Shown here one piece after another: positions 1 to 7,949 of a DNA stretch of 50,511 bases; the first letter of the stretch is position 1; each line of letters begins with the position of its first letter. Source of the DNA: a candidate division WOR-3 bacterium (GTDB lineage Bacteria > Hydrothermota > Tepidihabitantia > SM23-42); the NCBI GenBank assembly GCA_030671005.1, contig DAOVAN010000001.1, positions 1 to 50,511 on the forward strand, written 5' to 3'. The notes beneath the pieces were generated by a model, which worked only from the letters and a program-made list of their open reading frames with translations, was not told the origin of the DNA and did no database searches. The position numbers and the translations under genes are program-made.

Positions 1-2
1 AG

Positions 3-707
3 GGTACGCTGCTCAACAAGGGTTCAGCTGTCATAAGTAAGCTCTATAGCCTGTTCACCCATTATGACTGCAAGATTGCTGAAATAAACCCTTTGGTCAT
101 CACAAAAGATGGCGCAATTTATGCGCTGGATGCCAAGGTTGATCTGGATGAAGATGCCATGTTCAGGCATGCGGAGCTAACCGAGTTGGGTATAAGCGCC
201 CGGCATGAAGTGGGTGAACTGACCGAGCGTGAAAATGTGGCAAAAGGGGCTGGTATTCCCTATGTGGACCTTGACGGGGACATTGGTGTGTTCCCAGGAG
301 GTGCCGGCTTTGGTATTGCGGCAATCGACCTGATTCAGCATTATGGTGGCCGGCCGGCAAATTTCATGGATTCTGGTGGTGCACCAACCCAGGAAAAGCT
401 TCGCACCATGCTCGGGCTTCTTCTGGATAACCCCCGTGTCAAGGCGATTTTCGGCGCACGGTTTGGTGGTATATCTCGTTGTGACGACTGGGCAAAGGCA
501 GTCGTTCAATACGTGAGCGATAATCGACCCGATAAGCCCATGATCATGAGAATGGCGGGCAACATGGAAGAAGAAGGAAGAAAGATTCTGCAGGGGGCCA
601 AGGCAGAGCATCCCGAGCTTTTCAGCAAGATCAAGATCTATGCCTATGATACGCCTATCGAAGAAGTCATTAAGGAAACGATACGGGCCGCGCAGGCCCA
701 AGCGTGA
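3..707 (+). CDS. C-terminal part of an ATP-grasp acyl-CoA synthetase beta-type subunit (SucC / citryl-CoA synthetase large-subunit-like); the 5' end lies outside the window
   Basis: Frame 3 is open from base 3 (GTLLNKGSAVISKLYSLFTHYDCKIAEINPLVITKDG...), so the TTG at 93 in the ORF track is internal. It carries SucC-family blocks EINPL, GGRPANFMDSGGA and FGGISRCD. The alpha-type subunit follows 9 nt downstream. Confidence 0.8.
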   Translation, partial: GTLLNKGSAVISKLYSLFTHYDCKIAEINPLVITKDGAIYALDAKVDLDEDAMFRHAELTELGISARHEVGELTERENVAKGAGIPYVDLDGDIGVFPGGAGFGIAAIDLIQHYGGRPANFMDSGGAPTQEKLRTMLGLLLDNPRVKAIFGARFGGISRCDDWAKAVVQYVSDNRPDKPMIMRMAGNMEEEGRKILQGAKAEHPELFSKIKIYAYDTPIEEVIKETIRAAQAQA

Positions 708-716
708 TGAGTAGCC

Positions 717-1592
717 ATGGCAATCATAATAGATAAGGGTACGAAGACCATTGTACAAGGCATGACCGGATCAAACGCTTCCTTGCATACCAGGTTCATG
801 CTCGAATATGGTACGGAGATCGTTGGCGGCGTAACCCCGGGTAAGGGTGGTCAAGAGGTTGAGGGAATCCCTGTGTATGACACAGTAAAGGATTGTCTCT
901 CTCGACATCCTGATGCTACTGTTTCAAGCATCTGGGTGCCGGCCCGATTTGCCAAGGATGCTATCCTCGAGGCGGTTCATGCTGGTGTGCAGAGTATTAT
1001 CGTCATAACCGAACGAATACCCGTGCACGATATGCTCTACGCACGATATGTGGCGAAATCGAAAGGCGTGATGATCATCGGCGGTAATACTCCAGGATTA
1101 ATCTCTCCGGGCCGGGGCCTGGTCGGTATGCTACCCAAGATAGCTTTCCAGCCGGGCAGGATCGGGACGGTTGCGCGTAGCGGCGCAGTAACATACTACA
1201 TAGCCAATTCGCTGAATCTCGGGGGTCTTGGGGAGTCGACCTCAATAGGACTCGGGGGCGACCCTATATTGGGGACTAATTTTGAAGAAATCCTCAGGTT
1301 GTTTGACGAAGACACAGAGACCGATGCGGTCATAATGGCCGGTGAGATTGGTGGGGTGTATGAAGAGTTGGCCGCGCCGTTTGTAAACCAAATGTCAAAG
1401 CCGGTAATTGCATATATTACTGGTAAGGCGGCACCGCAAGGCAAGAGACTAGGACATGCCGGAGCAATAATCGAAGGCAGTATGGGAACGGCGACGAGTA
1501 AGATTGCTGCTTTAAAAGAGAACGGAGCACTCATCGCAGATACCTTGAGCGAGATACCCGAATTAGTCAAGAAAGCCCTTGGCAAATCATGA
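717..1592 (+). CDS. Acyl-CoA synthetase alpha-type subunit (SucD / citryl-CoA synthetase small-subunit-like)
   Basis: 291 aa. It has the CoA-binding N-terminus VQGMTGSNASLHTRFMLEYGTEIVGGVTPGKGG, an ITERIP block and the phosphohistidine loop GKRLGHAGAIIEG. Confidence 0.85.
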   Translation: MAIIIDKGTKTIVQGMTGSNASLHTRFMLEYGTEIVGGVTPGKGGQEVEGIPVYDTVKDCLSRHPDATVSSIWVPARFAKDAILEAVHAGVQSIIVITERIPVHDMLYARYVAKSKGVMIIGGNTPGLISPGRGLVGMLPKIAFQPGRIGTVARSGAVTYYIANSLNLGGLGESTSIGLGGDPILGTNFEEILRLFDEDTETDAVIMAGEIGGVYEELAAPFVNQMSKPVIAYITGKAAPQGKRLGHAGAIIEGSMGTATSKIAALKENGALIADTLSEIPELVKKALGKS

Positions 1593-1648
1593 TGATTTTG
1601 TCATCTGCAATAATACCTGCTGTACGATAGGTCAGTGAGGGGGTAGTT

Positions 1649-2401
1649 ATGTGGAAGACAGGCATATCCAATATTAAACCCGATGACATCGTTACCCGCG
1701 GCTACCGACAGGAAGACTTGATCGGCGCAGTTCCTTTCGCATCTGTCTTTTTTCTTCTCCTGAAGAGCAGAATGCCCGACAAGAAAGAAGCCAAGATGAT
1801 TGATGCCCTGATAACATCGTCTATCGACCACGGAGTTACGCCTCCTTCGACGCATGCGGCCCGGATCGTTGCCTCAGCAGGCGTCCCACTGCCGAGCGCG
1901 GTTGCCGCCGGCATGCTTGCCGTCGGTGACGTACATGGTGGTGCCATTGAGGATGGTGCGAAGGTTCTACAAGAATGGGTGAAGTCGATGCTGGAGAACG
2001 ATTGGAGTCTTGAGGAAACCGCGACACGCATGCTGGCACAGTTGCAAAAGGAAAAAAAGCGAATGCCCGGGTTTGGCCATCGTATTCATAAGAGAGATCC
2101 GCGCACCAAGCGCTTGTTCGGACTGGCCCAGGAACTGGGTTTCGAGAAGGAACATGTTAGATTATCGCTCGCCGTGGAAAAGGAATTCGCGAAGAAGAAG
2201 ACGTTACCCATAAACGTGGATGGCGCAATCGCGGCAATTATCTCAGACATGAGTTTTGATTGGCGCTTGGGCAAGGCATTCTTCGTCATGGGCAGGGTCG
2301 CGGGAATGATCGCTCATGTATATGAGGAGATGACTACTCAGAAACCCATGAGGCGAATGTGCGTCCAAGAGACCGAGTATGATGGTCCATGGGAGAGGTA
2401 A
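1649..2401 (+). CDS. Short citrate-synthase-family protein, citryl-CoA lyase-like
   Basis: 250 aa, corresponding only to the C-terminal catalytic part of citrate synthase. It has the signature GFGHRIHKRDPR and a downstream AHVYEE block. An SD (gaggggg) precedes the ATG. Confidence 0.7.
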   Translation: MWKTGISNIKPDDIVTRGYRQEDLIGAVPFASVFFLLLKSRMPDKKEAKMIDALITSSIDHGVTPPSTHAARIVASAGVPLPSAVAAGMLAVGDVHGGAIEDGAKVLQEWVKSMLENDWSLEETATRMLAQLQKEKKRMPGFGHRIHKRDPRTKRLFGLAQELGFEKEHVRLSLAVEKEFAKKKTLPINVDGAIAAIISDMSFDWRLGKAFFVMGRVAGMIAHVYEEMTTQKPMRRMCVQETEYDGPWER

Positions 2402-2430
2402 CCAGAATAGCCAAACAATGAGAGAACGTA

Positions 2431-3681
2431 ATGACTATTGCTGAGAAAATTTTGGCGAGAGCTTCAGGCAAACCTCTAACCGAGCCGCATGAAATCGTTA
2501 CTGCGAAAATCGATGTGGCGATGTCTCACGAGAATGCAGATGTGGTGTTGCGTGCGTTCAAAGAAATAGGCGTCGAGAAGGTGTGGGATCCAGAACGCAT
2601 CGTTATCCTGTTCGATCACCGGATACCGGCAGAGAGTGAGAAGACCGCGGCAACGCATCAGCGCATTCGGGCATTCGTCAAAGAACAGCATATCAAACAT
2701 TTCTACGACCTCAGGGAAGGCATTTGCCATCAAGTATTACCAGAAAATGGTCATTCCCGGCCCGGTGATGTGATGGTCGGTACTGACTCGCATACCACGA
2801 CTCATGGTGCCTTTGGAACCTTTGCCAGCGGCATTGGTGCGACAGAAATGGCCGGTGTTTGGGCTACGGGCGAGCTGTGGTTCATGGTTCCGGAATCGAT
2901 GAGGATAAAAGTGACTGGTATGTTTCCGAAATATGTCTCGGCAAAGGACCTCATCCTACACATAATCGGCAAACTGGGTGCGGCTGGTGCCGACTACAAG
3001 GCGGTTGAATTCTTTGGTGAGACCATCAGTAATATGAGCATCGCGTCGAGAATGGTACTGACCAATCTATCTATGGAAATGGGCGCCAAGGTCGCCATTG
3101 TCGTCCCCGACGAAAAGACCATCACCTATGTAGTACAGCGTACTAATCACGAATTCACTACGCTATTGCCTGACCCGGATGCCGAGTATGCACAGGAGAT
3201 ACATATTGATGTAACTGATCTGAAGAGCATGGTTGCCTGCCCTCATGCCGTGGACAATGTGAAACCGGTCAGCGAAGTCGCCGGCAAGAGAATTAACCAG
3301 GCACTCATCGGGTCTTGTACCAATGGTCGGCTCGAGGATTTGGCGGTCGCGGCCGAAATCCTCCATGCCGAAAAAGTACATCCCGAGGTCAGACTGCTAG
3401 TGATCCCTGCATCCAGGCAGGTTTATCTAGCGGCAATAGAGAAAGGCTACATCGAGACTTTCATTAAGGCCGGTGCACTGGTGCTCAACCCTGGATGTGG
3501 TCCCTGCTTGGGTGCTCACCAGGGATTGATGGCGCCCGGTGAGGTGTGCATTTCGACGACCAATCGGAACTTCAAGGGAAGAATGGGGAGTTCCGAGTCT
3601 TTTGTGTATCTAGCATCACCGGCAACCGTTGCTCAATCAGCTATCACCGGGGAGATAACCCCAGCGGCGACTACGGGGTGA
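2431..3681 (+). CDS. Aconitase-family hydro-lyase large subunit (LeuC/HacA type)
   Basis: 416 aa. It begins MTIAEKIL, carries DSHTTTHGAFG, and has the Fe-S ligand motifs GSCTNGR and NPGCGPCLG. Confidence 0.85.
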   Translation: MTIAEKILARASGKPLTEPHEIVTAKIDVAMSHENADVVLRAFKEIGVEKVWDPERIVILFDHRIPAESEKTAATHQRIRAFVKEQHIKHFYDLREGICHQVLPENGHSRPGDVMVGTDSHTTTHGAFGTFASGIGATEMAGVWATGELWFMVPESMRIKVTGMFPKYVSAKDLILHIIGKLGAAGADYKAVEFFGETISNMSIASRMVLTNLSMEMGAKVAIVVPDEKTITYVVQRTNHEFTTLLPDPDAEYAQEIHIDVTDLKSMVACPHAVDNVKPVSEVAGKRINQALIGSCTNGRLEDLAVAAEILHAEKVHPEVRLLVIPASRQVYLAAIEKGYIETFIKAGALVLNPGCGPCLGAHQGLMAPGEVCISTTNRNFKGRMGSSESFVYLASPATVAQSAITGEITPAATTG

Positions 3682-3689
3682 GGTGTTGA

Positions 3690-4211
3690 ATGTCCATCAT
3701 AAAGGGTAAAGCATACACGTTTGGCGACAACATAAATACTGATGTGATATATCCAGGCAAGTACCTATCCATTACCACCGACCGCATGGAAATGGCAAGA
3801 CATTGCTTCGAAGCGGTCTATCCAGAGTTCATGGAGCAGGCAAGAAGCGGTGACGTCATTGTCGCGGGTAGGAACTTTGGCTGCGGTTCATCGCGCGAGC
3901 AGGCAGCCACCTGTCTGAAGTACTTCGGCATCAGCGCAGTCGTTGCTGAATCTTTTGCCCGCATTTTCTATCGGAACGCCATCAATCTTGGTTTACCGGT
4001 CATCGTCGCGCCCGGTGTAGCACGAATGGTCCATCATGGTGATGATGTGGAGGTAGATCTTGAAGGAGGTTCCGTGAGAAACACCCGCACCAACGAGACT
4101 ATTGAAGCAACGAAATTACCCGATTTCATACTGAAGATCATCGATGATGGCGGATTGATTAGTCATCTGCAGAGAAGATTGGGCATAGTCAAACCAGAGG
4201 AGGATAAATGA
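3690..4211 (+). CDS. Aconitase-family hydro-lyase small subunit (LeuD/HacB type)
   Basis: 173 aa with GDNINTDVIYPGKYL and GRNFGCGSSREQA motifs. An SD (gaggtg) precedes the start. Confidence 0.85.
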   Translation: MSIIKGKAYTFGDNINTDVIYPGKYLSITTDRMEMARHCFEAVYPEFMEQARSGDVIVAGRNFGCGSSREQAATCLKYFGISAVVAESFARIFYRNAINLGLPVIVAPGVARMVHHGDDVEVDLEGGSVRNTRTNETIEATKLPDFILKIIDDGGLISHLQRRLGIVKPEEDK

Positions 4212-4894
4212 AACAGTTTGCTGTGATTGGCTTGGGTAGGTTTGGGTCGAGCATTGCCCGGGCCCTGAGCGAGAAAAATTTTGAGGTCTTAGCGATCGAC
4301 AAGGATGAATCATTGGTGAAGGACATGGAGGATGTTGTATCGCAAGCCGTTGTATTAGACGCGACGGACGAAAAATCGTTGAGAGAACTTGGCATAAAAG
4401 AATTCGACACGGTCATCGTGAGTATGGGGGAGTCGGTTGAAGCTAGTATCATGATCACTCTGACCTTGAAGGAGCTTGGCGTCAAGCAGGTGATCGTCAA
4501 GGCAAAGAGCGCCCTTCACTCAAAGATCTTAAGAAAAGTCGGCGCCGATCGTATCACGATTCCGGAAAGGGAAATGGCCGAGAAACTGGCGCAGAGTCTT
4601 GCGAGCCCAAAGATATTCGATTTCATAGAGGTGTCTGATACCCACGGTATTGTGGAAATGGTGGTGCCGAAGAAGTTGGTCAACAAGACCCTCGCTGACC
4701 TCAAATTGCGCGATAAATACAAAGTCAGCGTCATCGCGATAAGAAGGAAAGTACCCTTTTCAAAACCTGATGGCTCTACCGATTTTCGAGAGGAAGTCAT
4801 CATCGGACCGGGCGGCACTGACGAGACGATTCCCGGTGACGTGCTGATACTAGTCGGTCGCAACGAAGACATCGACAAGATCAGGAAACTATGA
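4208..4894 (+). CDS. trkA: TrkA/KtrA-type RCK potassium-transport regulatory subunit
   Basis: 228 aa. The N-terminal Rossmann fold reads VIGLGRFGSSIARAL and a C-terminal TrkA-C-like half follows. Its ATG overlaps the previous stop (ATGA). Confidence 0.8.
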   Translation: MKQFAVIGLGRFGSSIARALSEKNFEVLAIDKDESLVKDMEDVVSQAVVLDATDEKSLRELGIKEFDTVIVSMGESVEASIMITLTLKELGVKQVIVKAKSALHSKILRKVGADRITIPEREMAEKLAQSLASPKIFDFIEVSDTHGIVEMVVPKKLVNKTLADLKLRDKYKVSVIAIRRKVPFSKPDGSTDFREEVIIGPGGTDETIPGDVLILVGRNEDIDKIRKL

Positions 4895-5148
4895 CCGAAG
4901 ATTATCAAGACTTGATCGAACTGAGTGAGTTTTACATACTGAGTCAGCGCTATGAAGAGGCAATAAAGATTCTGAAGCGAGCCGAAAAGATCAAGAAGAT
5001 TGAGCCCAGATTGTATTACAATCTGGGCATTGCCTATGAAGCCATGAATGAGAAGGGCGATGCCCGTGATTCGTTTAGACTGGCATTGAAGTTAGATCCG
5101 GATTTCAAGTCTGCGCAGGAACATCTGGATAGATTAATCGAAGAATGA
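4891..5148 (+). CDS. Small TPR-repeat protein
   Basis: 85 aa with TPR-like repeats (YYNLGIAYEAMNEKGDARDSFRLALKLDPDF). It has ATGA overlaps at both ends. Confidence 0.6.
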   Translation: MTEDYQDLIELSEFYILSQRYEEAIKILKRAEKIKKIEPRLYYNLGIAYEAMNEKGDARDSFRLALKLDPDFKSAQEHLDRLIEE

Positions 5149-5702
5149 AATACCATCTTGCCAAGGAAAGTAGAGCATACACCGGTGAGCAACTCCATAG
5201 CAACTTTGCCTACAAGGAGTTCGGCGTTGTTGGGGATTCGATTGTCGCCTTCTGTGGTCCGTGTGACATAAAGCCAAAAGAGATGGTCGACATAGAAGAC
5301 CTCAAGGCCGGGAACCAGATATACTCAGAGAGCATGCTTCACTTCATTGTTGAACATCACGAGACCGATCTGGAAAAAGGTGTGCTCAGACAGCTCGTGC
5401 TTGCATGCATTGTTAAGGATGCACTGAATGATATCCTCCGTAATGTGGCTGTGCAGCGGATTAATGCTGACCTGTACGATGGTGACGCGAAGCTCTCGAT
5501 TTCGGTCGCTACCGCCACTCCGATATCCTCTGTGATCCACTTTGGCATAAACATCTCATCGGTCAACACGCCGGTGAAGACGAAGGGATTAGAGGACTAC
5601 GGTGTCGACCCTTTTGAATTCGCGAATATCGTTATGGAAAAATACGCCAGAGACACAGAGGGGATATACAATGCACGGTGTAAGGTTAGGTGGACCAAAT
5701 AG
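5145..5702 (+). CDS. Conserved hypothetical protein (possibly DUF366-like; family assignment uncertain)
   Basis: A 185-aa ORF coupled to the upstream gene by an ATGA overlap. No antisense alternative looks better. No catalytic motif is recognisable by eye. Confidence 0.55.
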   Translation: MKYHLAKESRAYTGEQLHSNFAYKEFGVVGDSIVAFCGPCDIKPKEMVDIEDLKAGNQIYSESMLHFIVEHHETDLEKGVLRQLVLACIVKDALNDILRNVAVQRINADLYDGDAKLSISVATATPISSVIHFGINISSVNTPVKTKGLEDYGVDPFEFANIVMEKYARDTEGIYNARCKVRWTK

Positions 5703-5761
5703 AACAGATAGTTGAATCCGACGTTCTAAGACCCAAATTCCCTAAATAGCTATATCCTGAA

Positions 5762-6445
5762 ATGAAGGGTTTTGTTAGAGAGGTTTTTACTTCAATACAG
5801 GGCGAAGGCTTGAAAGTGGGGCAGAGGATGACATTTGTGAGATTTCTGGGATGTAATGTATCGTGCGATTATTGCGATACGACCGAAGCCCAAGCCATGG
5901 AAGGTCCCTTCCTGTATGAAGGAAAGATATTCAAGAATCCGATTGAGGTAGACTTTCTGCTGGACAAGATTGAGGAACGGACAGTTGCCATAACCGGCGG
6001 CGAGCCTCTGCTACAGGTTTACTTTCTAGGAGAGCTGTGTGACCGGCTGAGAGAATCCCGCAAATCACTCTATCTCGATACTAATAGTTCGTTACCGGAC
6101 AATCTGCAGCAGGTGGTTGACTATTTTGACACCATTTGCCTGGATTTCAAGGTTCCCAGCGCCACTGGTCGTCCCCAGTTGTGGCAGGAACATGAACAAT
6201 CACTGGTTATTGCGGCGGGCAGAGATGTTTTCGTCAAGATTGTCATAAACGAGAATTTCCTTCCCCGCGAATTGGATACTACATGCGCGATAATAGCCCG
6301 TGTCGACAAAAACATACCACTCGTTATTCAACCCGTATTCGGTAAGGACAACCCCGATTTACTCGGTTTGCAGAAGAAAGCACTGGATGTTCTTACCGAT
6401 GTGAGGATCATCCCCCAGGTACACAAGTATCTTCATCTTCGCTGA
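5762..6445 (+). CDS. queE: 7-carboxy-7-deazaguanine synthase (radical SAM)
   Basis: 227 aa. The N-terminus EVFTSIQGEGLKVGQRMTFVRFLGCNVSCDYCDT matches the QueE CxxxCxxC cluster region. Confidence 0.8.
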   Translation: MKGFVREVFTSIQGEGLKVGQRMTFVRFLGCNVSCDYCDTTEAQAMEGPFLYEGKIFKNPIEVDFLLDKIEERTVAITGGEPLLQVYFLGELCDRLRESRKSLYLDTNSSLPDNLQQVVDYFDTICLDFKVPSATGRPQLWQEHEQSLVIAAGRDVFVKIVINENFLPRELDTTCAIIARVDKNIPLVIQPVFGKDNPDLLGLQKKALDVLTDVRIIPQVHKYLHLR

Positions 6446-6464
6446 CCCTGCGGCCGAAGTGTTG

Positions 6465-7769
6465 CTACGGGGGGTAGCCTACTTTTTCCAGAAAATTACT
6501 ACGGTATGAAAGATTGGGGATCAGATAAAAAAAGACTGTATTATAAAAACCTAGTCTCGGTGATACGACGATATTTCGCAACATTATTGAATCCCAAGAA
6601 TAGAACCGGTCACGCAACCATTCCATCATCGAGTATTGTGCCTGCGGTGCCATGCCCGGCATATTGACCACTGGCATCCATTGGTCATAGAGGGACATAT
6701 CACTGACGATCTGTTTCTTCATCGAGTATGCCCTATGAGTCATGGTGCCGGGCAAGGGTGTTTGAACGGCTAATTCGATTATGTCGATTCTGAGTTTCAC
6801 CAAAAATTTCTGCAGCTGGTGATAGAATTTGTAGTCTTCACCCTCAAAACCGAGCCTTATCTTACAACCCACGGTTATACGGAAGTTGTGGATCATGCTC
6901 ACCTGGTATTCCTTCTCTTTCACATAATCCGGGTTGTGCAGATTTTCGAGCAAATCCCGACCCAGCCAATCTTCCTTCAGATAGATGATACGCACACCGT
7001 CGTCACGCAATAGGGGCAGTATATCTGGGCGCTTGAAAATTTCACTGGTCGTTTGGAAAATCCACATCTTCTTGTAACGCCAGGATCGTTCCAGCAGGCG
7101 AATTCCATACTTGGTATCGAATAGAAAATCATCATCAAGAACAAACACCGCTTTCCTCTTCAATTGTGATATTGCTTCAACGGATTTGTCGATGCTCCAC
7201 CGAGCAGGATGTTTGTATAGCGTGTTTTCGTAACAATAATCTTTGTTTTCATCTGTGCAGTGACATCCATAGGATGTCCTTATCTGTGAGAAGAATGGTG
7301 TGAATCCATATTTTGATTCGAGTTGTCGGTCGACATCAAAATGTGTGATCTTGTTTGATGTGTAGACACCGGCGAGTGTTTTTCTCTTATGATCGGTAAG
7401 GATATTCTTCCACACCGACGCAATGTCTCCGACCACGGCCGATGTGAAGAATGCTTTAGCCTCCCTTGGAAACAGAGTCGGATACGAACCGTAGCAGATC
7501 GTCGTGACGCCTTCGTCCCACCTTTCTTTGACAAAGGTTTCTACGTACCGCGCAAGATTCAGAGGCGTGTGAACAACGACGATATCCGGCGAAATATCAG
7601 CAATTCCTTCGATGTGTTCATCAGAATAAGCAAAGTCGTGGCCCTGAGATAAATGCGCGAGACGCAGCGCGTCATAATTAGGTCTTCTGAAGAAGGGGCT
7701 GCCTCTAAGCGCTTCGAATGGTGTGTAACGACGTTGACTGGGTGCTGGATTATAGAAAAGTATCCTCAT
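6465..7769 (-). CDS. B12-binding-domain / radical-SAM-like protein with a non-canonical cysteine motif
   Basis: 434 aa. The N-terminus MRILFYNPAP...LAHLSQGHDF...DIVVVHT resembles the B12-binding Rossmann domain. The core region is collinear with class-B radical SAM enzymes (VFVLDDDFLFD, GVRIIYL). The cluster site reads SYGCHCTDENKDYCYEN instead of CxxxCxxC. Confidence 0.6.
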   Translation of the reverse strand: MRILFYNPAPSQRRYTPFEALRGSPFFRRPNYDALRLAHLSQGHDFAYSDEHIEGIADISPDIVVVHTPLNLARYVETFVKERWDEGVTTICYGSYPTLFPREAKAFFTSAVVGDIASVWKNILTDHKRKTLAGVYTSNKITHFDVDRQLESKYGFTPFFSQIRTSYGCHCTDENKDYCYENTLYKHPARWSIDKSVEAISQLKRKAVFVLDDDFLFDTKYGIRLLERSWRYKKMWIFQTTSEIFKRPDILPLLRDDGVRIIYLKEDWLGRDLLENLHNPDYVKEKEYQVSMIHNFRITVGCKIRLGFEGEDYKFYHQLQKFLVKLRIDIIELAVQTPLPGTMTHRAYSMKKQIVSDMSLYDQWMPVVNMPGMAPQAQYSMMEWLRDRFYSWDSIMLRNIVVSPRLGFYNTVFFYLIPNLSYRSNFLEKVGYPP

Positions 7770-7786
7770 AAATCTACCGATTTATA

Positions 7787-7903
7787 GATGCACACGGATG
7801 AAAGTAGATTCAAACTGATAGCGGATGCACACCGATGAGAGCAGATGGAGACAGATGAAAGATGCTGCAGACAGATGAAAACAGATTCAAACTGATTCCG
7901 TTA
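7787..7903. repeat. Degenerate tandem array with about 10-nt period (GATKnAnAnn, about 12 units)
   Basis: The units are gatgcacacg, gatgaaagta, gattcaaact, gatagcg, gatgcacacc, gatgagagca, gatggagaca, gatgaaa, gatgctgcagaca, gatgaaaaca, gattcaaact and gattccgtta. The array is flanked by a 16-bp inverted repeat, 7821-7836 with 7903-7918 (1 mismatch). Confidence 0.7.
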
Positions 7904-7949
7904 TCGGTTTGCATCCGCGGTAATCTGTATAAATTCCACGATAGTATCG

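Noticed and set aside
5703-5761. Possible preQ1-I riboswitch in front of queE (gttctaagaccc...ccctaaatagcta resembles the UUCUA...CCC...A-rich tail pattern)
   Set aside because: I could not form the required 5-bp P1 stem, since nothing pairs with the segment after accc. The A-rich tail is short and interrupted. The resemblance is limited to a few nucleotides.
7787-7903. CRISPR array, considered for this region and for the heptamer array at 44597-44680
   Set aside because: The repeat periods are 7-10 nt with no spacers, far below CRISPR repeat-spacer dimensions, and no cas genes are present.
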